A DNA stretch of 64,000 nucleotides, from NCBI GenBank assembly GCA_038060895.1, contig JBBTCT010000022.1, positions 229,301 to 293,300 on the forward strand, in the 5' to 3' direction. Positions 26,101 through 34,331 of the stretch are shown in pieces; positions within the stretch are counted from its first letter, which is position 1, and each line of letters begins with the position of its first letter. The notes below the pieces were generated by a model. It made no database searches, had not been told where the DNA came from, and saw nothing but the letters and a program-made list of their open reading frames with translations. The position numbers and the translations under genes were made by a program. Source of the DNA: Planctomycetota bacterium. Its GTDB lineage: Bacteria; Planctomycetota; MHYJ01; WSZJ01.

Positions 26101-26667
26101 ATGCCCGAACTTCCGCTGACCTACGTCTACGAGCCGCCGAACTGGCTTGCGCGCGCGAACGCCTACGGCTCCTGCGTCGGCGGCCGGAGATTCTCCGTCG
26201 CGCATCAGACACCCGGGACGACCGTGACGGGGCAGACCTCCTTCGTGGCCACGACTCCCACGTTCCTGATCAACCAGGCGAGCGCCGCGCACCGCGTCGT
26301 GCTCTCGAACTTCGCGCTCTGCCAGATCGGGACGCCCGCGGGAGGGACGATCCACGTGGCGCTGGCGATCGACTCGTCGGATCGATACTCCTCAGGAGGG
26401 ACGTCGATCACCCCGCAGGCGACCGCGATGCCCAGTGCGCTCACCGCGGGCTTCAGTTTCCGGTTCAACCCGACCGCCGCCGCCGCCAGCGCCGTCCGGA
26501 TCCTGAACGAGTGGACCCAGCCCGCGTGGGCCGGTTCGATTTTCAATCCCGACCTGCATGACGGCGTCCTGATCGGATACACGGGTTCGATTCTGATCTA
26601 TACGTGGGCGGCCACGACGGCGCCGACGTGGATCATCGGCGGCTTCGACGTCCTGGAGGACGAGTAG
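26101..26667 (+). CDS. cassette protein C: 188-aa beta-rich protein
   Basis: SD 'AAGAGG' precedes the start. Ser/Thr/Ala/Gly-rich with alternating hydrophobic pattern ('VVLSNFALCQIG', 'ILIYTWAATTAPTWIIGGFDV'). The stop lies 1 nt before the gene D start. Confidence 0.7.
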   Translation: MPELPLTYVYEPPNWLARANAYGSCVGGRRFSVAHQTPGTTVTGQTSFVATTPTFLINQASAAHRVVLSNFALCQIGTPAGGTIHVALAIDSSDRYSSGGTSITPQATAMPSALTAGFSFRFNPTAAAASAVRILNEWTQPAWAGSIFNPDLHDGVLIGYTGSILIYTWAATTAPTWIIGGFDVLEDE

Positions 26668-26668
26668 G

Positions 26669-27553
26669 ATGCCGACGATCCGAGACCTGAGCCAGGGCGG
26701 CGTCCAGCCTCACGCCTCGACGCACATGTCGGGAGGTTCCGACGCGATCAAGCTCGACGAGCTCGCCGCGCCTACGGACGTCACGACGCTGAATGTCTCC
26801 ACTTCGGCTCACGGGCTGACGCCGAAGCTCCCGAACGATGCGACCAAATACCTCGACGGGACTGGCGCGTTCAGCGTCCCTGCGGGAAGCGGCGGCTCCG
26901 GCTCGTACCTCGGGACCACCGTGAAGACTTCCGGCACGACGTTCACGACCGGAGCCTCCACCAACACGATCCGTGTACGCCTTCAGGCCGGCGGCGGTGG
27001 AGGCGGCGGCGCTGCGTCGAATCTATTCAGCCCCGCCGGCGGCGGTGGCGCGGGCGGATACGCGGAAAAGACATTCGCCGTGAGCCCCTCGACCGCCTAC
27101 ACCTGCGCGATCGGCGCCGCAGGAGCCGGGGGCTCGGCAGGAAACAACAACGGCTCGGCCGGAGGGAACTCCACTTTCGCAGTCGGCGGAACGACCGTCA
27201 CAGCTTTCGGCGGCAATGGCGGAATCGGAACTGCCGGCGGAAGCGGCTCATCCGCGATCTTCGTTCTGGGGGGCGCTGCCGCATCCGTCTCCACGAGCGC
27301 CGACCTGAACGCAAGCGGCTCGCCGGGAGGGTTCGGGACAGGAAGTGGCGGCATTGGTGGTAGCGGCGCCTCGGGAGCCGGAGGTTCGTGCCTCTTCGGC
27401 GCCGGCGGAAACAGCCTCAATACCCAGAGCGGCGGCGCCGCGGGCGTCGGTTACGGCGCGGGCGGAAGCGGCGGCTGTTCGCTTTCCAGCGGCGGAAACG
27501 TTGCCGGCGGCGCAGGACTCGCCGGGGTGATCGTCGTCGAGGAGTTCTCGTAG
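26669..27553 (+). CDS. cassette protein D: phage-tail-fibre-like N-terminus + glycine-rich domain
   Basis: 'HASTHMSGGSDAIKLDELA...STSAHGLTPKLPNDATKYLDGTGAFS' is followed by a 'GGGGGGGAAS...GGGGAGGYAEK...GGNGGIG' glycine-rich domain. Confidence 0.8.
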   Translation: MPTIRDLSQGGVQPHASTHMSGGSDAIKLDELAAPTDVTTLNVSTSAHGLTPKLPNDATKYLDGTGAFSVPAGSGGSGSYLGTTVKTSGTTFTTGASTNTIRVRLQAGGGGGGGAASNLFSPAGGGGAGGYAEKTFAVSPSTAYTCAIGAAGAGGSAGNNNGSAGGNSTFAVGGTTVTAFGGNGGIGTAGGSGSSAIFVLGGAAASVSTSADLNASGSPGGFGTGSGGIGGSGASGAGGSCLFGAGGNSLNTQSGGAAGVGYGAGGSGGCSLSSGGNVAGGAGLAGVIVVEEFS

Positions 27554-27574
27554 CAAGATCGAGGAGATGAAGTC

Positions 27575-28015
27575 GTGAGCGGAAACGGCTGTTCCTTCTG
27601 GGCCCAGAACGTCTCCCCGGAGACGAGCTGGCCGATTTCCTCCGAAGCGCCGGCGGGGATGGACGGAATGTCCTGGTCGAGCGAGTGCGTCTGGGACGCG
27701 ATGTCCTTCCCGCAGGGAGTCCTGCAGGTCTCCGCGCCCGTCGAGATCCGGAACCCAAACAACACCGTGATCTTCTCCATCGTGATCATCGGCCAGAGCA
27801 GCGGGTCTCCTCAGCTCGCCATCGTATTCTCCGGCGCCAATTGTCCGGAGGGTCCCTACACCACGCTGAGCGGGCCGACCAACATCACGACCTTGGGCCT
27901 GCAGTTCCTAGGCGCCGTGACCGGAATCAGGTTCCCCTACGTCCGGGCAGAAGTCATGTCGTCGAACGGGAGTGCGGTGGCGGGGAGCGGGTGCTTTTGT
28001 GTCTCGGAAGCCTAA
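27575..28015 (+). CDS. cassette protein E: 146-aa beta-rich, Cys-containing protein
   Basis: GTG start with SD 'GAGGAG' 9 nt upstream. 'VIFSIVIIGQSSGSPQLAIVFSG...IRFPYVRAEV' is the same style as A and B. Confidence 0.65.
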   Translation: MSGNGCSFWAQNVSPETSWPISSEAPAGMDGMSWSSECVWDAMSFPQGVLQVSAPVEIRNPNNTVIFSIVIIGQSSGSPQLAIVFSGANCPEGPYTTLSGPTNITTLGLQFLGAVTGIRFPYVRAEVMSSNGSAVAGSGCFCVSEA

Positions 28016-28173
28016 AGCCAGCGTTCGCTCGACAAACCAACCGTCCAAAGCGCCATCGGTGTAGCACATAACGAGAAGAGGTTTCGCGCGACTGTCTCTC
28101 ATCAAAGTCAAGTCAGAGCTCTCCAGCGCCTGACGGGTCTTCGAGTCGATTTTCCCTAGAGAAGGAGGTACCG

Positions 28174-28656
28174 ATGCCAGATCCAGAGATTGTGTCAATT
28201 GACGAAATCTTGCGTGCTAATGAGCTAAGGGATCCGCTGACCGGGGTCAGAACCGGCGGCACCGTGCTACACCCTGGCACTGGCGTGAAACTTCGGAAAG
28301 ATCGGCCTTCAGGATCCATTGGAATCAACTTGGACACAGGTCAATTGGAGATGCATGACTGGGGGCCGACCGTTGCTGGGCCCAGTACTGATTTCTCAAA
28401 GTTACCTGAACGAATCCGACTCTTTGGGGGAGAAACTGGCGACGGGCCCAGGGTGGGTCGTGACCCAAAGGAGTCTGAGGACCGTGGCGTGGAGATGCTG
28501 CTTCCGGAAGGCGTGAGAAAATTCGTCGCAGGAGATGCGCTGAAGGCAGGTATTGTCTCCATTTCCTTCGAGTTCGGAGGACCTTGGGGCCTTACCGTCA
28601 CGTTTGGAAGGCCGCCTGAGCCGGCTGGGGTCAGACGGAAGGACCTGGAGAAGTGA
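28174..28656 (+). CDS. hypothetical protein (low-GC island)
   Basis: Strong SD (GAAGGAGG, 5 nt before the ATG). 160 aa. No motif recognised. Confidence 0.6.
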   Translation: MPDPEIVSIDEILRANELRDPLTGVRTGGTVLHPGTGVKLRKDRPSGSIGINLDTGQLEMHDWGPTVAGPSTDFSKLPERIRLFGGETGDGPRVGRDPKESEDRGVEMLLPEGVRKFVAGDALKAGIVSISFEFGGPWGLTVTFGRPPEPAGVRRKDLEK

Positions 28657-28760
28657 CGCAATGCGAAACACGATCCATTTCTCGAAGTCGAGGACTGTCT
28701 GGGATGGGATGACTTCCCAGGAGCTAACCGCGCCTCCGTCGAAATCTCAGGAGCACGTCA

Positions 28761-29909
28761 ATGCGAACAGAAGCTTCTAGCGAACTGACTCATTCGTCAA
28801 GGTGGTGTCATCCAGTTACATTTGCACTTGCCTTGTTTCTTGGATGCGCCGCGGGTCAGGGCACCAACGAATCGAAGCCAGAAGAACCCAGGATTCACAA
28901 TTCGGTGGAATTGAGGGACTCGCAAGGGAGGATCCGGCTCTCGATCTGTCTGGATCAAGATGAGTGTCCTCAAATCATGCTATTTGATCCCGCCGGACAC
29001 CCTCGCTCGCGAATTGGACTAAGTTCGGAATTCGAACCCGTAATTCGTATGACGGGTTCGAACGGCGAGGATGCGGTTTCGCTTGGTTTGCGCGAGGATT
29101 CCCCCCAACTCCGGCTGGAGTGTGGCGAGGGACGAAGTGGTATTCGGATCCAGGCTGAAGCAACGCGAGGACCGGAGTTGACGTTGTCGGATGGCGATGG
29201 TTTGGAGCGCGCCCGACTGGCAATTGATCGTGGCGCCCCACAACTTTCGATGTTGGACCCTGGACTCAAGCCTCGCCTGTACCTTGGAACCGAGGTCTCG
29301 ACACCGGATAATTACGGACTCCGCGTCACCTCAGACGACGGCCTTTCCCGCGCGGAGGTTGGCACGACAAAAAACTCGCCGGCGTTCATCCTCGTTTCTG
29401 GAGGCGCTGGCGAATGGTCAGCGCTTGCAATGAGCCGTGGCGGGCACCCGCTGCTAAGCTTTGTCGATTCGACCGACATCGAACGAATTCGAGTCAGCTT
29501 GACGCCTCAACAGGAGTCCGAAGTAGCGCTTTGTAGCGCCGAAGGTCAGATTTCCGTTCTGGCAAGATGTCCGAAGTCGGGTTTCGGGTTGGTCAACTTG
29601 TCCGATGGCGATTCACCGACAGCCGTGTTTCTGGGGAAAGGTTCGTCCGGTGATGTCTTGGCCGGGATCGTTGATGCGGCGGGGTGTAGACGAGCGAGCT
29701 TGTCGCTAACCCCGGAGGACCGAGCTTACGCCTCCGTACAGGATTCGACCGCCTCCTCAGCCTTTCTGACGAACGATGGCAAAGGACTTTGCAAACTCGA
29801 GCTGAATCGAAAGGGAAAGACCAGACTGCTCGCGGGTTTTGACAAGACTGATACAGCATCCTTCATGTCGCTTGATTCGGAGGAAATCGAAACTTGGCGA
29901 TCAAAGTAG
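28761..29909 (+). CDS. lipoprotein built from ~20-aa 'L.L.D..G..R..L' type repeats (low-GC island)
   Basis: Lipobox 'LALFLGCAAG'. Recurring units include 'VELRDSQGRIRLSI', 'IMLFDPAGHPRSRIGL', 'LTLSDGDGLERARLAI' and 'LRVTSDDGLSRAEVG'. Confidence 0.7.
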   Translation: MRTEASSELTHSSRWCHPVTFALALFLGCAAGQGTNESKPEEPRIHNSVELRDSQGRIRLSICLDQDECPQIMLFDPAGHPRSRIGLSSEFEPVIRMTGSNGEDAVSLGLREDSPQLRLECGEGRSGIRIQAEATRGPELTLSDGDGLERARLAIDRGAPQLSMLDPGLKPRLYLGTEVSTPDNYGLRVTSDDGLSRAEVGTTKNSPAFILVSGGAGEWSALAMSRGGHPLLSFVDSTDIERIRVSLTPQQESEVALCSAEGQISVLARCPKSGFGLVNLSDGDSPTAVFLGKGSSGDVLAGIVDAAGCRRASLSLTPEDRAYASVQDSTASSAFLTNDGKGLCKLELNRKGKTRLLAGFDKTDTASFMSLDSEEIETWRSK

Positions 29910-30203
29910 ACTGCGGGGCTGCCATTCTTCTACAGACAGGCTTCAGTAGATGCGGTCGGGCGTCTCGATGGGGTTGAGACGTCGGGTGTAGACGGTTTCG
30001 CGACGTTGTAGACGTCGTAGGGCGACTCTTCCGTTCGGACGGAGCCCAACACCTGGGCTTGCGGGACACCCCGAACCTCCGAACGCAAATCGCTTCGTCC
30101 ACATCCAATTTCCCCAGGAGTCTCATGCCCGCCTTGCTCCGCCTCCCCCGCCAATGCTAAAGTCGCCCTTCCGGGTAACCCAGGGCCCGGTTGAGGGCCT
30201 CTC

Positions 30204-30725
30204 ATGGACGCAACGAAACCGGAAGTCGCCGCTCCAGCACCGCCCGCGCCGCTGGCCGACCCGCGCGTGGACAAGCTCCTTGAAAAGATCGGGATCCTTG
30301 AGCAGCTTTTCGTGAAGCGCATCAAGGACGACCAGGCGCACGCGGCGGCGTACAACACGCTGTACCAGGACATGTCGAAGTACCGGGACGACGCGTTCCG
30401 GGGGGCGCAGAAGTCGCTTCTCAAGGGTCTAGTGCTCATTTACGACACGATGAAGCGGTCCATTTCGGGGATCGGGGACGGGACGGTGCGCGAGATGGTG
30501 AACCTGCACGTCGAGGAACTGCTCGAGCTGCTTCATCGCCACGACGTCGAGCGGATGCCGGACACGCTGGGAAAATTCGACCGGAACGTGCAGCAGGCGC
30601 TGGGGACGGAGCCGGCGGCGACGGCGGAAGAAGATCAGACTGTTGCGCGAGTGGTGCGTGACGGGTTCAAATGGGGGACTCAGGTGTTGAGGCCGCAGGA
30701 AGTAGTGATTAAGGTAAAAAAGTAG
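30204..30725 (+). CDS. GrpE-like nucleotide-exchange factor
   Basis: The C-terminal 'LGKFDRNVQQALGTEPA...DQTVARVVRDGFKWGTQVLRPQEVVIKV' matches the GrpE pattern G.FDP..H.A....V..V...GY....vlRpA.V.V. Confidence 0.7.
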   Translation: MDATKPEVAAPAPPAPLADPRVDKLLEKIGILEQLFVKRIKDDQAHAAAYNTLYQDMSKYRDDAFRGAQKSLLKGLVLIYDTMKRSISGIGDGTVREMVNLHVEELLELLHRHDVERMPDTLGKFDRNVQQALGTEPAATAEEDQTVARVVRDGFKWGTQVLRPQEVVIKVKK

Positions 30726-30757
30726 TAGGGAGCAGGGGGTAGTGGGTAGTTGGTAGG
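30721..30757. repeat. GGTAG-type oligomer repeat (contains GGTAGTGGGTAG)
   Basis: agtagtagggagcagggggtagtgggtagttggtagg, read directly. The 12-mer recurs reverse-complemented at 34670-34681, and an 8-mer recurs at 32549-32556. Confidence 0.7.
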
Positions 30758-30788
30758 AAAGGCAAAGACTCTTAACAGGAGACCGTCC

Positions 30789-32378
30789 ATGGCCGACCAG
30801 AAGACGCCGATGACGTGCGGGATTGACCTGGGCACGACGAACAGCGCCATCGCGTTCATCGACGAGCACGGCAAGGCGCAGGTGATCCAGAACACGGACA
30901 ACGAGCGGATCACGCCCTCGGTCGTGCTGTTCGAGGAGAAGGAAGTCATCGTCGGCAAGATCGCCAAGAACTCGGCGGTGGCAGCGCCGGACCGGGTAGT
31001 GCAGTTCGTGAAGCGGCACATCGGCGAAGAGGGCTGGGTGAAGACGTACTTCGGGACGGAGTACACGCCCGAGACGATCAGCGCGCTGATCCTGAAGCGC
31101 ATCGTGCAGGACGCCGAGAAGGTGAGCGGCGGCAAAGTTGGGAGCGTGGTGATCACGGTTCCGGCGTACTTCAACGAAGTCGAGCGCAAGGCGACGCAGG
31201 ACGCGGGGACGATCGCGGGCCTGAACGTCGTCTCCATCCTCAATGAGCCGACGGCCGCGGCGCTGGCTTACGGGCTGGACCGGCTGGGCGAGAAGAAGCG
31301 CGTCCTGGTCTACGACCTGGGCGGCGGGACGTTCGACGTGACGATCATCGAGATCGACGGCACGAAGATCGACGTGCTGGCGACGGACGGCGAGCGGCGG
31401 CTGGGCGGCATCGACTGGGACGACGAGATCATCAACATGGTCTCCGAGAAGTTCCAGGCGGAGCACGGGATCGACCCGCGCAACGACCTCGAAGCGTGCC
31501 AGGACCTGCGCAACAAGGCGGAAGACGCGAAGATCAGCCTGTCGAAGCTCGAAAAGGTGCGCATCCTCTGCCAGTGCCAGGGCAAGACGACCAAGGTCGA
31601 ACTGACGCGCGAAGATTTCGAGAAGATCACCAAGGGCCTGCTCGACCAGACCGAGACGTACCTCGGGGTCGTGCTCCAGAAGGCGAAGCTCGCCTGGAAG
31701 GACATCGGCACCGTCCTGCTCGTCGGCGGCATGACCCGCATGCCCGCCGTGCAGGGCATGATCCAGCGTGTCACGGGTCTTAAACCCGAAACCGGCATCA
31801 ACCCCGACGAATGCGTCGCGATGGGCGCCGCCTACTACAACGCCGTCCTCGCCCTCCAGGCCAAGCCGTCCGAGGAGCCCGAGCTGGCGCTTCAGGGCGA
31901 AGCGCTGAAGGAGTCGATCGACGAGGAAGTCATGATCCTGCTGCAGGGCGTCGAGGTCACGAACGTGAACTCGCACTCGCTGGGCATCGTGGGCATCCAC
32001 AAGAAGACCGGCAAGCTGGTCGCGTACAAGATGATCCCGAAGAACACGCCGATCCCGGCCGACATCACAAAGCCGTTCGGGACGGAGAAGGAAAACCAGG
32101 TCAGCGTGCAGATCAAGATCGTCGAGGGCGAAGGCGAGACCCCCGAGGATTGCACGGAGATCGGGATGTGCGAGATCAAGGACCTCCCGAAGGGCCACCC
32201 CGCGGGCTCGATCATCGACGTGACCTACTCGTACAGCGTCGACGGCCGACTGCAAGTCACAGGCAAGGACCGCCTGTCCGGCAAGGAGGCCAGGGTCGAG
32301 ATCGTCCGCGCGAGCGGTATGGATGACAAAGAGATCAAGGAGGCGAAGAAGGACGTGGTTGAGATGGAAGTAGGCTAA
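30789..32378 (+). CDS. Hsp70-family ATPase, short form (no long helical lid)
   Basis: 'GIDLGTTNSAIAF', 'VITVPAYFN', 'LVYDLGGGTFDVTIIE' and 'VLLVGGMTRMPAVQ'. The start at ATG 30789 has SD AGGAG 8 nt upstream. About 529 aa. Confidence 0.9.
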   Translation: MADQKTPMTCGIDLGTTNSAIAFIDEHGKAQVIQNTDNERITPSVVLFEEKEVIVGKIAKNSAVAAPDRVVQFVKRHIGEEGWVKTYFGTEYTPETISALILKRIVQDAEKVSGGKVGSVVITVPAYFNEVERKATQDAGTIAGLNVVSILNEPTAAALAYGLDRLGEKKRVLVYDLGGGTFDVTIIEIDGTKIDVLATDGERRLGGIDWDDEIINMVSEKFQAEHGIDPRNDLEACQDLRNKAEDAKISLSKLEKVRILCQCQGKTTKVELTREDFEKITKGLLDQTETYLGVVLQKAKLAWKDIGTVLLVGGMTRMPAVQGMIQRVTGLKPETGINPDECVAMGAAYYNAVLALQAKPSEEPELALQGEALKESIDEEVMILLQGVEVTNVNSHSLGIVGIHKKTGKLVAYKMIPKNTPIPADITKPFGTEKENQVSVQIKIVEGEGETPEDCTEIGMCEIKDLPKGHPAGSIIDVTYSYSVDGRLQVTGKDRLSGKEARVEIVRASGMDDKEIKEAKKDVVEMEVG

Positions 32379-32550
32379 GGACAGGCTGGCATAGGCTGGC
32401 GGAGGCTGCGGAGGCTGGCGGAGGCTTTGGCGCAAAGGGAGGCAACCCCCTATGAGTAAGCGCCGACGCAATCGCCAGCCCCGATTCAGCCGACGCCTTT
32501 AGCCTTCGCCAGCCTCCGCCAGCCTCTGCCAGCCTCCGCCAGCCTCTTCA
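32372..32550. repeat. large inverted repeat made of tandem 10-mers (left arm ~5x AGGCTGGCGG, right arm 5x AGCCTCCGCC), ~64-nt spacer
   Basis: Read directly. The right arm is in perfect 10-nt register at 32501-32550. The arms are reverse complements of each other. Confidence 0.9.
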
Positions 32551-32556
32551 CTACCC

Positions 32557-33771
32557 ATGCCTGAAAACCGCTTCCACGAACTTCTGGGCCTCCCAGAAGA
32601 GGTCTCCGACCCGGACTATTACCAGCTCCTGGGCGTGCCACGCTCCGAGAATGACGCCGCCGCAATCGAGGCGTGCTTCAAGGAGAAGATGACGCATGTC
32701 CAGCACATCGAGAACCCGCGCCACAAGGAGTTTCTCGAGTTTCTCAAGGGGGAGCTGAAGCGCGCCCGGTCGATCCTGACCGACGAAGAGCGGCGCGGCG
32801 AGTACGACCGCGAGCTGGCGGAGGAGCGCGGCGACGAGCTTCGGAAGGTGCTGTCGCACATGCTCGTGGACGGGACGCTGAGCTCGATCGCCGAGGTGTC
32901 GGTCTTCCGCGAGGGTCACAATCTCGGGCTGAGCGGCGAGTTCGTGAAGCAGGTCGTGGACGAGGAGTTGAAGAAGGCGGGGGCGCGCCGCGTCTCGGTC
33001 GCGACGGGGACCAACGGGCACCAGACGCAGGTCCTCATGAACCAGAAGGCGCAGGAAGTCGCGCGCCAGATGCAGGAAGCCCGCATGGCGGCGCGCATCG
33101 CCGACACGCGCGCGAAGATCGCGGAGACGCACCAGAAGAAGGCCGAGGAGCAGGTGCAGGTCGTGCTGCAGAAGGCCCGCGTGGCCGAGGTCCAGAAGAA
33201 GCAGGCCGTCGAACTGGCGCAGGAAACCCGCGAACGCGCGCGGCAGGCCGAGATCCACAAGATGCGCGCCGAACAGAAGGTCCAGGCCGTCACGCAGAAG
33301 GCCCGCGAAGCCGAGACGCTCGCGCGCAAGGCGATTACCCGTGAGCACCTCGCCGCCGCCCGCCACAAGATGTCCGAACAGGAACGCAAGCAGCTCGAAG
33401 CCGGCATGAAGGAGGCGGAGACCCGCTTCCAGGCCTACGTCGAAGCCTCCAACGAAGAACTTGAGTCGGTCCGTGAGAAAGGCATGGCAGGGCGGCGCCT
33501 CACGATGTGCTACGCCCTCCTCAGCATGTCGCTCGTCGCCGGCGCCGCGCTGCCTAAATACGTGCCGGGCGCCGCTTCCGCCATCACGAAACTGCTCGAA
33601 CCCTATGTCTCCAGGGTCAGCGGCATTCCGCACGCGGCCCTGCCGCTCATCGCCATCGCAATCCTGCTCCCGACGCTTCATTGGCTGGCAGGGACGCGGG
33701 CCACCGGGTTCTTCGCGCCGCTGCTGGTTATCCTCGCGCTGGCCGTCGCGGCGGGCGTGCTGCGGGGATAG
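32557..33771 (+). CDS. J-like-domain protein without HPD, long coiled coil, C-terminal TM helices
   Basis: 'DYYQLLGVPRSENDAAAIEACFKEKMTHVQHIENPRH...ILTDEERRGEYDREL' is a J-domain scaffold with HIE in place of HPD. A Gln/Lys/Ala/Glu coiled coil follows. C-terminal TM segments are 'LIAIAILLPTL' and 'FFAPLLVILALAVAAGVL'. Confidence 0.8.
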   Translation: MPENRFHELLGLPEEVSDPDYYQLLGVPRSENDAAAIEACFKEKMTHVQHIENPRHKEFLEFLKGELKRARSILTDEERRGEYDRELAEERGDELRKVLSHMLVDGTLSSIAEVSVFREGHNLGLSGEFVKQVVDEELKKAGARRVSVATGTNGHQTQVLMNQKAQEVARQMQEARMAARIADTRAKIAETHQKKAEEQVQVVLQKARVAEVQKKQAVELAQETRERARQAEIHKMRAEQKVQAVTQKAREAETLARKAITREHLAAARHKMSEQERKQLEAGMKEAETRFQAYVEASNEELESVREKGMAGRRLTMCYALLSMSLVAGAALPKYVPGAASAITKLLEPYVSRVSGIPHAALPLIAIAILLPTLHWLAGTRATGFFAPLLVILALAVAAGVLRG

Positions 33772-33857
33772 TGGCTGTCGGGAACGGAATTGAATGTAGC
33801 CGCGCCCGGCGAAGGATTGCAGGATTCCGCCCCTTAACCCATTCAGGGGAAACCGCC

Positions 33858-34267
33858 ATGAAGTTCCGCAACGCTCTCCCGCTCCTCGCCTCGTTTGCCC
33901 TTCTCGCTGGCTGCGCCTCGAACGGCGAGGGCACCGCCGACACTTCCGGCAAACCCGGCGCCTTCCACGTCCGGGGCGACCAGGTTGAAGCCTGCGAGTG
34001 CGACTCAGTCTGCCCGTGCATCTTCGAAAAAGATGTCACCCACGAACAGTGCCAGGGCTGGCTCGCCCTCGCGATCCGGGAAGGCAGCTACGAGGGGACG
34101 GACCTCGCGGGCGTCACCTGCGCGATCGCCCTGCTGAAGACCGAGAAAAACCTGGGCAAGTCGATGGGCAAGTTGCGGACAGCAACACGCTCAGCGACGG
34201 CCCGGTGAAGTGGGATTTCAAGGGTCGCAACGGCGGGTACGGCGGCTTCGAATTCAAGAGCAAGTAG
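33858..34267 (+). pseudogene. DUF1326-family lipoprotein gene remnant (frameshift plus probable internal deletion)
   Basis: 'MKFRNALPLLASFALLAGCAS' (lipobox) is followed by 'ACECDSVCPCIFE' (the DUF1326 CxCxxxCPC signature). The frame is lost near 34170. The tail 'VKWDFKGRNGGYGGFEFKSK*' continues in another frame. Confidence 0.6.
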
Positions 34268-34331
34268 CAGAGTCCCGGGAGCCCGGCGAAAACGCCGGGC
34301 TCCCTTTGTCTACGGACCACCCGGAGGTCCC

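Noticed and set aside
28661-28780. 39-aa ORF (MRNTIHFSKSRTVWDGMTSQELTAPPSKSQEHVNANRSF) between the two island genes.
   Set aside because: It has no SD, overlaps the start of the lipoprotein gene and has no recognisable features. The evidence is insufficient.
25110-30150. Prophage or phage-tail-like bacteriocin.
   Set aside because: Only one gene (26669-27553) has phage-fibre character. There is no integrase, terminase, portal, capsid, sheath, tube, baseplate or lysis gene, and no att-like flanking repeats that I could find. I kept it as an uncharacterised cassette rather than calling it a prophage.
32372-32550. CRISPR array.
   Set aside because: The units are 10 nt with no unique spacers, arranged as two opposed arrays, and no cas genes are present. 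It is a tandem-repeat hairpin, not a CRISPR.
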